Part shown: positions 38,401-53,400 of the stretch, piece by piece | Layout: each line of letters begins with the position of its first letter | Numbering within the stretch: the first letter of the stretch is position 1 | Source of the DNA: Lytechinus pictus | Taxonomy: Eukaryota | NCBI RefSeq assembly: GCF_037042905.1 | Contig: NC_087251.1 | Span: 26,166,001 to 26,230,000, forward strand | Direction of reading: 5' to 3' | DNA: 64,000 nt | Program-made: the position numbers and the translations under genes | Notes under the pieces: generated by a model | Databases searched by the model: none | Seen by the model: the letters and a program-made list of their open reading frames with translations, nothing else | Told to the model about the DNA's origin: nothing

Positions 38401-41400
38401 TTATTTTTTCCTCAAATCTCTAGCTGAAGATGTACAATTATTCCAGCACCTGGCCAAGTCCTTGTATACCAATGAGGAAAGAAGCAATCACTCACCTACA
38501 CCTGAGCATTCTGGGAGGACTACCAATGATTCTTCCTCTGGACCCGAATCAGTCAAACAGGCACCCATCGACAATGTGTGGATTAACATTGTCGTTCCTG
38601 AATATGGGGAGTCATCAGAACCAGGCGCTACAGACACCGTCTTTCATTCAGGATGGAGTAGGGTGCATGAAGAGGATGTTGAGGTCGATGATGACGGCCA
38701 GCAGGTTGTTTTTGCTGACATGAGAGAGAAGTTTGGGAAGGCGAGAAGTGACATGGAAAGTCTTTCAGTGACTAAAATGAGGTGAGGCTGCATCATGTTT
38801 GAATTGAATTTGAATGCAAAGGTTATAACAAGAACTCTGAAGCAATTACAATTAAAAAAAAGATATGAAGCTATTTTCTGTATACTAGTTTTCTTTCTTA
38901 TTTGTTGTTATAATAAAAAAATATAAACCACAATTCATTAAGAAACTGTTTTGATGAAACTGTCTTTATAAGTGTTTTTGTGACTAGTAATATGCATTTA
39001 TCGATGTACATATTTAAGTATTATATGCATTCATATTTTGTCAATATTATTTTTCATACAATGTTTGGACTATTGCAAATTTCTTTTAATGATAAAGGGA
39101 ATCTCAATCATTTAATACCATTTGTAATATTTTTTTCTCTCTCCTTGTCATCTTTGCAAAAGAGAGTACACAGGGATGGTAGCATCTAAACTGGACAAGA
39201 TTGCAGATGAACTCCCAGTTGGAGGTATGTATCTATGTTTGCAAGCACTTGTCAATATTACTTTGTACCAGTCAGTTGATTTCTGCCTATTATTTATTTT
39301 TAAATGATTGTCACTAATTTTATTATTGTTATTTTAATTACTATTTAAAGTACCAATGTCATCACAATATCATTGTTGCTTCTACCACATTTGTAATTGC
39401 TGTAATAATGGTAGAAGTAGCATCAAATCAATAAGAAAATTAAGCCATCTGTATAAATGTGACTCATCACATATCTGTTTGGTGCTGGCATGCTGTCCTG
39501 TCCTCTATGAAAAGATAACATGTTATGCAGTCGCTTATTCTTGTTGAGTGTCTGGGTTTACTAGTAGACCTGAGTTCCCTCATACATGTATTCAGGGTAT
39601 GAGCAGAAAACCACAATTATTTTTGTTTATGTCTAGGTTATCTCCTTGATGTTGTTTGGCTCATGCCCACCAGTACTGACTTTCCCATCCTGGAGCGTCC
39701 GGATGCTTTCCTCTTCTCTGTGCTGCGACGCCTAGAGGTGTGGCACCACGCCCGCATCACCATCATGCTAGGGAAGGGTATGGAGGGGCAAGAGCACCCC
39801 TCCCTGACCCACTGGAAGACGTTCATAGAGAGCAAGGTGGTGGAGTTGAGGTCGTCAGATGGCAAGGATGCCAACGTGGATGACATCTTGTCAGAATCAG
39901 GCTCTCTGGCTTGGCAAGGCCAGGTCAAGTACATATCAAGTCGAGTAAGTTGTGTTGATTCCGAGAGCAAAATTGCATTAGACAGGGGTGTGAGAGTTCA
40001 GATTTTTAGCTGATTTCAGATTTTTTTTTTTCAGCTTAATTTCAGCTTATTTTTGGTGTTCCTCTGTACAAAGAGTATGGGAGCTCTTTTTATTTCAGAC
40101 TTTTTCTTGTGACCACTCACACCCCAGATTAGAGGGCCTTCAGATAGTTAAAAAGAATACCCCTCTTACATAATAAATCTTGTATAAGTCAACTCGTCCA
40201 TGTTTTGAAGCAAAGACTATTTTATCCAATAAAATATTCACCTTTACAACTTTAACAAGTTGAATAAACTAACTGTATGTGGTCCTTCAACATACCACTT
40301 TTACAAAATGTGTATTGTGCTGTAATATATTGTATCACACACACAAAGATATAACCCCCCCAAAAAAAAAAAAAAATAATAATAATAATAATAATGATAA
40401 TAATAATAATAATCTATAAATAAATAAAAATAGAATAAAAATTATTTTCCTGCAAATTATTACTTCACTCAGAGTTAATTTCTTCTTCTACTCATGACAA
40501 ATACATGTATGTACTTGAATGAGTCCTTTGAATTTTGTTTTGTTTTTATGAATATGTGATGTATTTGTTTGTAGGGTACTGCTTTTCCTCCATGGCAAGG
40601 GTTTAGTCTACATCGTCTTGCTGATGACAGCAATAGATCAGAGCCTTTCATTGAGATTCTTAATCCTAGTGCTAATTCTCAGCAAGACGTCGCTGGAAGC
40701 CAGCAATCGATGGATGATTCTTTTGTCTCGATATCAAATCATGAATTAAAGGTAAGCTTGATATATTATGATTACTTGTACTTTGCATTTTATGATTAGT
40801 TCAGCTTGTATGTATCACAGGAATTCTGTGGCTGCATCGCTGCCTGATCCTAAAATGCATTTAGATTAAATTTGATGAACATATATATTTTATATTATAT
40901 ATTTCAAAGTATTTTTCCTTCCTGGTTGCATTTTCCGTTTTAAAGTCTATGTATCAGAAATGAATGAGTAATATTGATAAAGAATGTGAATAGAATATAG
41001 AAATTTGTTGGTTTTTGTAGAATGTAGTGGATTTTTGCATCTCAATTTTGTGCTGATCATTGAATAAGTGATGCCATAAACATGGAGCATAATGTTTATT
41101 TGTATGATTTAACAGGCTCTGCATCAAAGCATGGTCAGTCTTTCATAATCTTTAACCTCTCGTCTGATTACTCCTCTTTACTCTATCACTATTACCAATT
41201 AAGCATGAATATCTCAATCAAATGACCATAACTCTATTTTTATTTAATGATTGAAAATGCATTTGTAATTCCTTACTGTCTCATTTTATTTTCTTCTGAA
41301 CAGTCTAAGTATGTTGTGAATGAAACACTTGAGTTCATCCATCTTGCCAATCTACATGAGATCCCATCCTGGTTTATCCTACCTGGAAAGTTTGAACTGT

Positions 41401-44400
41401 ATCCTTTTTATGCTGAGTATTCATTAGAATACAGTCCAACTTAATATACTTTTCTATTTTCTTCTGCTCTTATAATTGATTTATCAGGGTGAACCTCCCC
41501 TTAAAAGGCATTACATAATTACTTAACTTAATATATGATGACCAACTTGAATGGATCCTAAGTTTTAATTTCTCTGTTTTTATTTTGTTAATTTCTTTAC
41601 AAATGTTGTCTATAGATCCATGGTCATTTAGAACTTATTCAGTTATTTAGTGAGAACAGCTGTCGCAACATTAATTGCATTTTTACACATTCTTGATCAC
41701 GTCAATTAGGATTGAATTGTAAGGTAATGTAAGGTGGTGATTTTTTTACCTGATTGCTAAGAAAGCATGAATGCTTGTAAGCAAGCAACCAGAGGACCAA
41801 TGGCGTAAGGTCCTCTCTGAGGGACCTGGTAATTATGATTTAAATGCCTTACCAATGGGCGCTAGTGCACCAAGTGGGGATCAAACCCAGGTCACTGGAA
41901 TGCGAAACCCCCGCTCTACTGACTGAGCTGTCGCGCCTCCTCAGACAGCAGATGATTTTTTTCCATACAAAAACTAACTTGATTTATATCTGATGTTATT
42001 TATGCAATCAATGTTCAGCAGTTTAAACTCTCTTTCATTACTTGTGTGAAACTGATCACTCCATACTACATACATACCTCTAACCATTCCAATTTTGGCG
42101 GAATTATCCCGATTTTTCGACCTCCATTCCGAATTTTAAAACAAAAATTTTGATTTTTGGGTTAATCAATATAGTGTTGAAATTATTGAAACGGCTGTAT
42201 GATGCGACTAATGCATGCACGTCTGTAAGATTCGACAAACGCATAAACGACTGGAGCGCGCGGCTACGCAAATACGCTAGCTCCACTATATACACAGAGA
42301 GCGACTTTAAACGGTGTGCAAAAACTGCTATTACCACGGTCACATTTGCTCTACGGCGGCCGTACAGCGAGTCGAAAACAGCCGTTTTATTCATTTTTGT
42401 CTCGCCTGCATAGCAGAGCGAGACTATAGGCGCCGCTTTTCTGACGACGGCGGCGGCGGCGTCAACATCAAATCTTAACCTAAGGTTAAGTTTTTGAAAT
42501 TACATCATAACTTAAAAAGTGTATGGACCTAGTTCATGAAACTTGAACATAAGGTTAATCAAGTATTACTTAATATCCTGCCTGAGTTTCAGGTCACATG
42601 ATCAAGGTCAAAGGTCATTTAGGGTCAATGAACTTAGACCATGTTAGGAGAATTATTTTCAAAATCTTAACCGAAGGTTAAGTTTTTGAAATGACATCAT
42701 AACTTAGAAAGTATATGGACCTAGTTAATGAAACTTGGGCATAAGGTTGATCAAGTATTAGTGAACATCCTGCTCGAGTTTCAGGTCACGTGACCAAGGT
42801 CAAAGGTCATTTAGGGTCAATGAACTTTGGCCAAGTTGGGGGTATTTGTTGAATTACCATCATAACTTTGAAAATTTATGGATCTAGTTCATGAAACTTG
42901 GACATTAGGTTAATCAAGTATCACTGAATATCCTGTGAGAGTTTCAGGTAACATGAACTTGCTCAATGGTCATTTAAGGTCAATGAACTTTGGCCGTGTT
43001 GGGGGTATTTGTTAAATTACCATCCTAACTCTGAAAGTTTATGGATCTAGTTCATAAAACTTGGACATAAGAGTAATCAAGTATCACTGAGCATCCTGTA
43101 CGAGTTTCAGGTCACATGACCTTGGTCAAAGGTCATTAAAGGTCAATGAACTTTGGCCGTGTTAGGGGTATTTGTTGAATTACCATCCTAACTCTGAAAA
43201 TTTATGGATCTAGTTCATAAAACTTGGGATATAAGAGTAATCAAGTATCACTGAACATCCCCTGTGAGTTTCAGGTCACAAAACCAAGGTCAAAGGTCAG
43301 TTAAGGTCAATAAACTTAGGCCATGTTGGGGTAATTGTTGAATTGCCATCATAACTTTGAAAGTTTATGGATAGAGTGAATGAAATGTGGACATGGGTGT
43401 AGTTTACAAGTCTTAAGTCACCGTTCAAATGTCATTTATGGTCAATGAACATGGTATTATGTCATTATATGAATGGTGTTTTTGTGAATGATTATTTTAT
43501 AGTAGTTTTCAAAGTTAGCACTGCTGCTATATTAAATCGCGTAATGCAGGCGAGACTGCCAGAGGCGTTCCACTTGTTATTCAAACCACCTATATTTAGC
43601 TGGTACAAAAACTGTTAAAACGACTGTTTTTTACTCGCCGTACGGCTGTTGTAGAACAGATGTGACCGAGGTATAAGTGCGCAATTCCATTGCAAATGCA
43701 TGTGTAATAACAAGCGTACACACAACGGCCGCACTTAGGGCGCTACATTTTGAGGTGTTGTCGTATTCTTCATGTTTTTTATTATTTTTTCTATATTAGC
43801 GTTGACTTCTGGGAAAAAATGGCGGCTGACGTCGGCTAGCAAAAGTGCCAGTTTTTAGTGAGGACATGTTTTCATAATCCACAAACATCTGAAAAACCTT
43901 TAAAAATTCACTTTTTTAGACCTCTTGTTTCGTAACTACGATGTTAAGAATCACCGATGATGATATTTTTTACGCGAAATATGGTGATTTAGGTAAGAAA
44001 ATTTCACTTTTTATTTGAGGTCTTGCCCATGTCGCCGGATGATTTTGTAGTGTGAGAGTGAGTTAGTGAATGTGTAGTGTACATGTCTAGAGTGTGTTGG
44101 TGATTTCAGTGGTTGCTGAGTCTGCTGAACAGCTGCACACCAACCCCGGCCACGCACCAAGTTAAATCTATCCCTACGCAATTTTAACATTGATCTGTAC
44201 TTTATTTTTAGAATAGAATAATTGTCAAATTTTTGAGAAAGAAAGGAGATTATCAACTTCCGATCTCAAGTTGAGCCTTCGGAGCCGAACACCAAATCTA
44301 CTTGCTTCGCTTGCCTTAACTCCCGGCGCCTGCCAAGTTGCTGCGCCTTAGCCTCCCCGGCGCACCGCAAGTGCAGTGGTGGGTGCGGGTCGGGCGCATG

Positions 44401-47400
44401 CAGCTGTTAGTTTCGGCCCCGTTTTTGTCATGGTTGATAATCTGCTTTCTTATACCAACAAGCACTTATCCAATGTAGGTTATGATATAACCTTGTCCTC
44501 AGTCAGTAACCGCTGTGTGGTGAAATAACATGAATAAGATTGTCAATGTTTGGCTTATTTTCTCTTGATGCATGATTGATAGATAGGCTGGATAAATGAA
44601 TGTTTGATTTTTTTGGCACATCAGTTTTTAATACAGTAGGGCTAACTTAAATCTAAATTCATCATAAAAAATATGCCTTGGCCCAAAATTCAATTGAATT
44701 CTTGAAATTAATTTTTTCTAATTAAAAAGAGAATCTGTGGAGATGAAGATCTGCATCAATCTCACTTTCCACCAATAAAGGGCCTCACAAAACTATGCTC
44801 TAAATTAAATTTTTTTAGAGCTCTGGTGAACAAGAAAAATTATTCCTAGTCTATATAAATGAAAACAAATCACACCTGAATGAAACTGGGTGGTTTTTTG
44901 TCACAAAAGTGATATTTTAAAGACCTTTTTTTTAATTTTTAATTGATAAATGAAGGTAGACTCTACATATGTACATAATGGTTAGTTTCGGTCATGTTCG
45001 CGCATTTGGTTTACGTAGCAGATGATGCTAGCCTGCTAGTATATATTATACATACACAAACCCTATTGCAAATCAAAATCAATTCCGGACTCGATGTTTG
45101 CTTCCTTAAATTGTAGCTATATTATAAATATCTGTAGGTAAAGCTTTATAGTACAAGAACATTGTTACTTTCAACATTAAATGCATTGATTAAGTTTGTT
45201 TGGGCTGTATTGTTTCAAATGAAAAGGGTCTAGGAACGGAAACTATCATATGTTAGTCACGTGACATTGTACAAAGAAATATGCCATGTTCTGCCCGCCA
45301 GATCTCAAAGTTTGGGAGAAAAATGAGATGTAACCATTATACCAGTCATAAAGTTTTATACATCAAACTGTAGGTAATCTATTTAGCATTGAGATGACGA
45401 TCAATCTCGACCTTTTTGACCCATAGGGATATTCCAATGGGAAAACAAAGGTGCCAGTGTCTCGAAAATGTGGGTGGTTTCAGACCATTTGCCATAGCAA
45501 GAGTTGTGAACATAAATACTTAAATACTGAATTAATTGTAATAATATTTACATCAAATTAATGGAATTGGATAAAATTTTCACACTATTATCAATCTGGT
45601 GTGAGATTATTAATAGTTATAAAAATATACCCAGATTTCTGCAATATTATGTTCATGAAAACCACTGTTCCCTGTGTTGAAGCTGTGTGTGTGGACTTTC
45701 GGACACTCAAATGCACGCGACTAACCATTATGGGTCATCCTCTGGTGTGGTAATTAGGGTAAATTTGCTTTAAAAAGTGTAGGGAAATGCTACTTTTACA
45801 TGCTGAAAATGCAAAGAGTCCCTACCGTTGCAGCGGCCGGACACCCACTTGGCGCCCTCGTAGCTTTGATACTGATTTTTATTATCAAAGGTTGGCAGGT
45901 ATGTACATATACAACAAAGATCCTTGACTATCACTCACCCAGATGCCTGAAAGATAAAGAAAAAAGGCAGCGCTTCTCTCGGTCTAAGTTCTGGATGCAG
46001 TACCTGACCCATCGATTGCCTGGTGATGGTCAAGGTGCTATATGTCAGTTGAGCTGTCTTGAAGTGGAAGGTCCTGTTCCAGAGGCTCAGAATGCTGGAC
46101 TAAGTACCCAGATTTGGACCAATGGCATCACAAACAATCCTCTAAATCCTACTGGTAATGCTTTCCACTTACAATCATTCTTGGCCATGTTTTGTGTCAT
46201 AGCAAAGTGTTTACATTGGGGGGGGGGCACAATTCATGAAGTTTTCAGCACTGACTAAATTAGCAGGGAAACAGTTGGTTTTGATCAGCTGAGAAACACT
46301 GTTACTATCAATGGTAAAACAGAGGAAGGCAACATGTCAGTAAAGACAACTTTCACGAAACAGTCCCCTGAATTGCAGTTGTGATGATGATTGCAAAGTG
46401 ATTAACAAAATCCAACAAAATGACCAGCCAACTGTCTGAATGTATAAAGGAGTATTATGTGCCAAATGAATGCCGGTAGAAAGTGAAAGCTTGTCCAGTA
46501 TTTGGCAACATAAGCATGGGATCTTGTCAGTAGACAGCCCTTTTCCAAATGCACAAGCACAATATTTGTGTTGGATATATTCAACATCCCTCCTATTCAG
46601 CTCTAATTTTCATTGTTCAATATTTAAATCATTTCAATAATCTTTGATTTGCTTGCACTATGTCAGATCTTACTAGATATAGATCTGTAATGATATGAGA
46701 ACACTTCATCTCGATGTCAAAATTTTTCCACTTGAAAGTATTGTTCTCTGCGACTTCCCTTAGCTTTAACATTTTAGCATGTTTCAACCTTTACAATGTT
46801 ACATCATCTTGTTAGTATATTCATCCTCCTCTGATCTTGACCTTTTACCCATTTCTTAATAAATCAATAATTAAATTTTTTAATATATGCTTGTTGTCTA
46901 TCTCTCTTTTCTGACAGTTCCAAATGTGCAATTGAAAGGTACTCGGCATACATTCTTCTTTCTGGTCCACGGGGATAGGAGGGGAAGGTGTATTGCCTTG
47001 CCACTTGTCTCCCCATTTATGTTGAATGGAGCAGCCCATGCGTTATTAGCCTGTCATGAAGAAGAGGAACGTTCCAGTGATGCTGAAGGTATGTCAATTT
47101 AATTACACATATGTCTTTTGGATGGTGAGGATAAGCCTCTTGTAACTTGGGTATTATTTGTCCTGAATAATAAATTTGTTAAGTTACGGGTATTTTCCTA
47201 TAATCAGGTAGGCATGAATTAGCTCTCTGTCTTATATCTGTTAAATCTTTATCTTTTATAGAAGAAGATCAATCAGCCAGGGAGGTACTTGATTCCCTCC
47301 CAACCGTCAGTGGTCGACGGCTTCGTGAGGAGGAAGAAGAACTGGCTAAGATGCAGATCAAAGCCCTGGCAATGGTTATTGGTAAGGAGTGTGTATCGAT

Positions 47401-50400
47401 TCTATCTGACTTTTGGGGTGTTTCATCATGCTGTTCATAAAGTTAATATTTACTTGACAAACGACTGGAATGTGAAGTGCTTGGATTCAAGACCATGGTT
47501 TCATTTCACTGTTTAATAAGGTCGGCCAGTTTTGTAATCATCTTTTGAAGATGTGATATTAACTTACACTGGAATATTATAAATTATAATTATCATGAGT
47601 ATATGATAATTTAAGCTAGTGTGATTAATGGCGAAAGAGATACTCACTTGGCTTGCATAAAGCTTCTAGTGTCTTTATAATCAGTGTCAATGATGTAAGA
47701 TTGCTTATCTACATATAATATATTTTTTATGCAGAGAAAATCCGCTCTGAAGGTCTTGAGATCAACGTGACACCATCTCTCCTCATCTTCCTCTTCAACT
47801 ACATGAGGAAGGTGTTCTATGAAGGGTACAGTATTGATGAGAACAGATCCAGCCCAGCAAATCAAAGGCCATCAACGGACACTCCAGAACAAAGACCGAC
47901 CCTTGAGGCAGAAAGTAGAAATGAAGAGGAAGCTATGGATGTTGAGAGGAGAGATGAGGGTGGTGTGGCGGAAGCTGAGAATGCAAGTGAGCCTAGACCA
48001 GCTAGGATAGACCTCAGGACCTTACCAACAGGTAGGTTTAGTTATGTCAGATTGGAGGTATCAAACAACAGCCATAAAAGATATCGAAGCCAGATAAGAA
48101 TGATAATAATATTGATAATCCGCAAAAACATAGCGCTTTATACATTGAATTACACCTCAAAACAATTTACAGGTTCATGTATATTATTACCCTGGTCATC
48201 ATATCCTGGCATGCCCCCTTCAGTGTATACACTCTCTCCACGTCATTCAAGCAGTAATGACTATTATGAAGCAATTCCTAGTCAAATGATTTGTTTGTAC
48301 TATGTATATGAAGCAACTCACTAATTTTCTTATGTGGTATTACCCTTGTTTCATAACATGTTTGTATATTCTCTATTAATTTTCTTTCTTCCTTCAAATC
48401 ATTCTGTAGAATTGACACAGAGTCCATCCCAATGGGTTGAGAGACAGGCCTTGCAGAATAGGGAATCGATTGCCAATCGTTTAAGAAGAATCCGATCAGA
48501 GGATCTAACCTTAGGAGGATTTGCTGTACCGTCCACAGACAGCAACAGTAAGTATTATATTGGTAGTATGCATACATCATGGTGTATTGGTTCAGGCTCC
48601 CATCTCTTAATCCAAGGGTTTTGGATTTGAATCCTATACCAGGCGTTTATTTCTTATAGCAAGAGATTTATCCATATTGTGTTGCACTCAACCCAGGGTC
48701 GTTTCATGAAGCTCTTTGTAAGTTACGCAGTGTGACTTTACCCATGACTGGTGTACCTATCTTGGAGTAAATGATATGCCCCAACATTTTTATTGATGTT
48801 GATTCACCTCTCAAGAATGATTAAATTTCTCTCTGATCTTAATATCACATGTTGGTTATTGGCTTTTTGGCCTCATCTGTTATGGTTGTATCCCATTTAC
48901 TTTACCCTTAGTTTGTCTGATAAATATATGGTCTAATTGCCCGGAAGCCTTTTTAAAAAGCATAAAACAAATCTTTTCAACTTGACTTCTGATTTAACCG
49001 AGAATGGTTTCCCATCCATAAATCATAAGTACAGTTGACAAGATTGATTTTTTACATTATTAAATTGTAGTTGAGTCTATCCTTGGATGAATCCGGATTG
49101 TATCAGTATCAGTTTGAAGTGATATTTATCTCGATATTTGTGGAACCAAGGTAAATTAGAAGAAATATGCCAATTTATGTTTTAGGGTCTTTTAGCGTAA
49201 TAGATATTGAAAGCCTTCACACATTGAAACATCATATGTCAATTTCATTCTTTTTTTCTCTCTCTCACCAGCAATCACCTTGAGTGCCAAAGAGTTCCGT
49301 AGTCATTTCAAACCCAACGGCCAGCCCAAGCGAGATGACCTGGTCATTGTCCCACCCTCTGGTGTCCGGCATAGTCCAAGGACGAGATCATCGGTAGCTG
49401 GTCATCATAACAACGGACCAACAGTCCAGGAACTGATGCAGACAGAGTTCTCAGATTCACTTAAACTCAAGTACCATGGTATCAGGTGAGTGTAAAAATT
49501 GGGGTTAATGGAATCTGTCAGTCATTTATTAGTACAAAGGTTTAAATCTGGATTTGCCCCAGTCAAACTGGGGTGGCAAGATTCACCTCAGAGGCCCGTT
49601 GCATAAAACTTTTGCCATAAAAAATCTGGCAAATAAACAACAACTCTGGCAAACAAAATTATGCCATTGAAATTTACACATTAAAAAACTCTGTCAAAAA
49701 GTTTTATGCAATAGGCCCCATATTTGCTGAAGTCACCCTTACCCCCTCCATTCTCTTTGCACAATTCATTGTATACTCGCTACTCTCCTCTTGCTTCACC
49801 TCTGTCTTCTTGGCTGTCCCCTCCTTGAACCACTCACCTCAAACTCAGAAGCTCTTATTAGGACATGCCATTCATCCTTCCATAGTACATTGCCCATACC
49901 AACTTACTAAAATTAATTGTTGAAAGATAATTTTATCATTTATCATTTTAAATTTATTATAGCTGTGTGCATCCAACACAAAAGCACTCAGTCCAACTTA
50001 GATTTATTCACATTAAGATGTGTTTTAAATTATATTTAGCCAGTGCATTTGAATATATTCACACTTACATATTGGTGTACTCATTTATCTGATAGATACT
50101 GCAAAGAGAAGCCTGGTTCTCAAAGCATAGATCAGAAGATGATACATCTCCAGCAGCAATGCATCCAACATGTAAAAGTACTCTGTCAAACTTAGATTTA
50201 TTAACACTAAGTTGTATTTACAATGATATGTATTCAGTGCAATATTCACACTGACAAATAATCATGTTTATCCATTTATTTCATAGTTACTGCAAAGAGA
50301 AGCCCGATTCTCAAAGTATAGACCAGAAGATGATGCGTCTTCAGCAGCGATGCGTCCGTCAAGAGATGTCTTGTACGTTCACCTCTCACCATCATTCTAC

Positions 50401-53400
50401 TCTGGCTATCAGGACCAAGAGGAAACACTCAGAATCACCAAGCACACAACAGGTAGGTCTGACTACTGCAGTGTTGCAAGGTTGAGTCGCTGACAAGCGA
50501 AACAGGTAGTACATGAAATTAATTTTGTATAAAAGGAATTGTTTACTTTGTTGGGCATTTATTTTGATAAATTATTGAACTTTTTTTTTTGGGGGGGGGG
50601 GGTTATATCCAAGTGTTCATTTGGGTAAATACCACAGGTACAGACAGGTGACACATAGTAGATCAGTTGATCACTCCTCCCCCCCCCCCCCTGCCCCAAA
50701 ATGGTTTTGCTGCTCAAAGTTATTATAGTAGTAAATACTAAGCCAGAAATAAATAAAAAAATCCAATACATTTGAATTATGAAGATATCTTTCTTAAAAT
50801 ACCAACACTTATAAAATTGTTAGTTGAGAGTCTCAATCTCATATTTTACCATTGTAAATGTTCCTGAAAAAGAATTTGTCAGGTGATTCAGTCCTTAATG
50901 CAGATCATTTTATTTTTTAATCTAGTTTTATTTATTTTTCTTCATCCTTTTTATGCTCAACACTATTGAAGTAATATCTCATTTCTTTGCTATTTTCTGT
51001 TTCTTGTTTAAATATGCACCTTCCAAACATGGGCTTATTTGAAGTTTAGTGCAACAGAGAGCTTAACATCATAATTTCTACCACTTGAAAGAATTTGAAT
51101 TATATATAAATCTTGATAACTATTTATCCATATTGTCATGCCAAACAGTCAAAGACAAGAAAGCTCTCTCCATCTGCCAAAAAGAAGTCCTCCCAAAGCA
51201 CTCCTAGGAAAAGAATCATGCCTGGTAGGACAGCTAAAACACCTCAGAAGGTTGTGGGTTCAACGCCTAAGAATGGCGCATCCACACCCAGATCAAGAAA
51301 GAAAAGGGCTCGGATATCAACCTCAGGGGGGCTTACTCCAAAGAGGTAAGTAAATATTGTTATGTGGTGAACATCCATGGTATATCAAACAGAACTGTCA
51401 GAACAATTGAGAGGTGTGGGTGATGAATATTGGGCTCTTTCATCAGTTTCATGCATTAGTTTCATGACGAACCAGCAGTAACTGTTCCCAAATTTATTGC
51501 CCTTTCAGCTTTCTTTGTGTCTCGGTCTTCCCTGGTTTGGGAAATGTGCAATGCTGATTTATTCAGATATTAGATCTAAATAGTTTACTTAATTCATGGA
51601 GAATAAGGAATCAGAGGTAAGTCATTAATCAACATAAGAAATATGTTGTTAATAATGAGATTTGTAAACCATATTTTTTTAGTTCCCTTTTGTTTTGATT
51701 TGGTTTTTTTATCGCTTAAAGAGGAAACGTGTATACTGCAGATTTCATTTTGAAATAATGTTATTCCATTCTATCACTGTAAATGTGTAGAGTAGAAAAG
51801 TAGAAACGTAAAAGGAAAAATGAAAATACAAAAGGACAAGTAAGAAATATTTTATTTCCAAGATAAACATACAATCTTGCGCATTCAATGCACTTCTGAA
51901 TTCTTGCTATACATGCTTAAATCATACTTTAAGAGCGTAAAGGCCTTAAAGTGGATTGTCACTTGCTGTAACTTTCGTTTGATGTAATTTTTCCCAGACT
52001 TAGGCGCTCCACCCCTGTCAAATCAACCAAACCTGAAGAGATGACCTCTCCTCGGCGGTCAGCCAGGAAGCTTGCCAAGGATCTCCATCCTGCCACCACC
52101 AACACCACCATCTCCTCCTTCACCTCTCCATCTACCTCCTCCACCCACCAACCCTCATCATCATCAGCTGCATCATCATCGACACCATCTAAGAGAACTC
52201 AGAAGCATGCCAAAGTTACTGTCAAGAGCGCGGAATCCAAGAAAGCAAGGAGGTCCTCAGTGTCGAGATCAGAGAAGCATAAAATGGTAAGAAATTCTGC
52301 ACGAATCTTTTCCCTCTGTCTTTCGCAAAGTAAAAACGTTTTTTATCATTCAAATCTAAATGCAAAAGAAATGAGTGTGTGCCATCATCACTTGCCTACT
52401 GTCGGCGCGTCGTGGTCTATTGGTTCTGACTCGGGCCTTCCAAACAGACGATCGTGGGTTCAAATCCTAGCCATGGCGTGTTTTCCTTCAGCAAGAAATT
52501 TATCCTCACTGTGCTGCACTTGACCCAGGTGAAGTGAATGGGTACCCGGCAGGATTAATTCCTTGAATGCACGAGCGCTGACAGGCAGCTCGAGCTATAG
52601 CTGGGGTAATAATAATAACAATGGGCCTCGGAACAGATGTTTCGAGATAGATGGCGCTATACAAATGCCTATTATTATCATTACTGACTGGGATTTGCCA
52701 ATAACTGTTTCTGTGAAAATAAGCAGAGCTCAGAGATGCCATAAATTTCTTATTTTACATCAGATTTTGATCAAAATTTCAGTGCTATTCTCAACTAAAT
52801 TTTGAATATTGGTTCATTTCAACTTATTGTTGGGGTGGACTTGACATTTATTGACCTTTAAAAAGTGGCATATCATTATTAAACATTTACCACACACACA
52901 CATTCCATTGCCTTATATGTTCATTGCATTCATTGTAATTTTTGTCTTTCATTTCTTTAAACCATTTTTATAGAAATTACGTTCCATTGTTGAGGAGACC
53001 CTAGCAGCCAAGGGGATTGATTCTAGTCATGTGTGCTTTAAACCTTGTGTTACAAGACTATATACACAAACTAAGATGTTTGTAAAGGTAAGATAGGACA
53101 TTTTTAATGATTACATGTTCAGAGTTAAAAGCTAATGTTGGCATTGGAAGCAGTGTTGGTGTTATGGCAATTTTGCACCAGCCTCTATACCAGACCTGAA
53201 ATTGATCCGGTTCAAGAATCAATGTCACACGGTGTTGAGATGTCAGTAAAGTGATTAGTATAACTTCATTTTACCTATGTTCAATGCTGTAGTCAGAATC
53301 ATAAGCATTGTTTTTCACTCTCAACACCAATACCTACACTGAACCTAAAATTTCCAAAGGGATTAGGTGCTTCTGATATTTATTAAAAGATGAGAGGACA

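Larger units (their letters stand above)
41399..45942 (+). other. U12-type (minor spliceosome) GT-AG intron in MTBP
   Basis: 5' end GTATCCTTT; branch-point-like TCCTTGAC at 45921-45928 close to the AG; no polypyrimidine tract; phases match. Confidence 0.88.
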
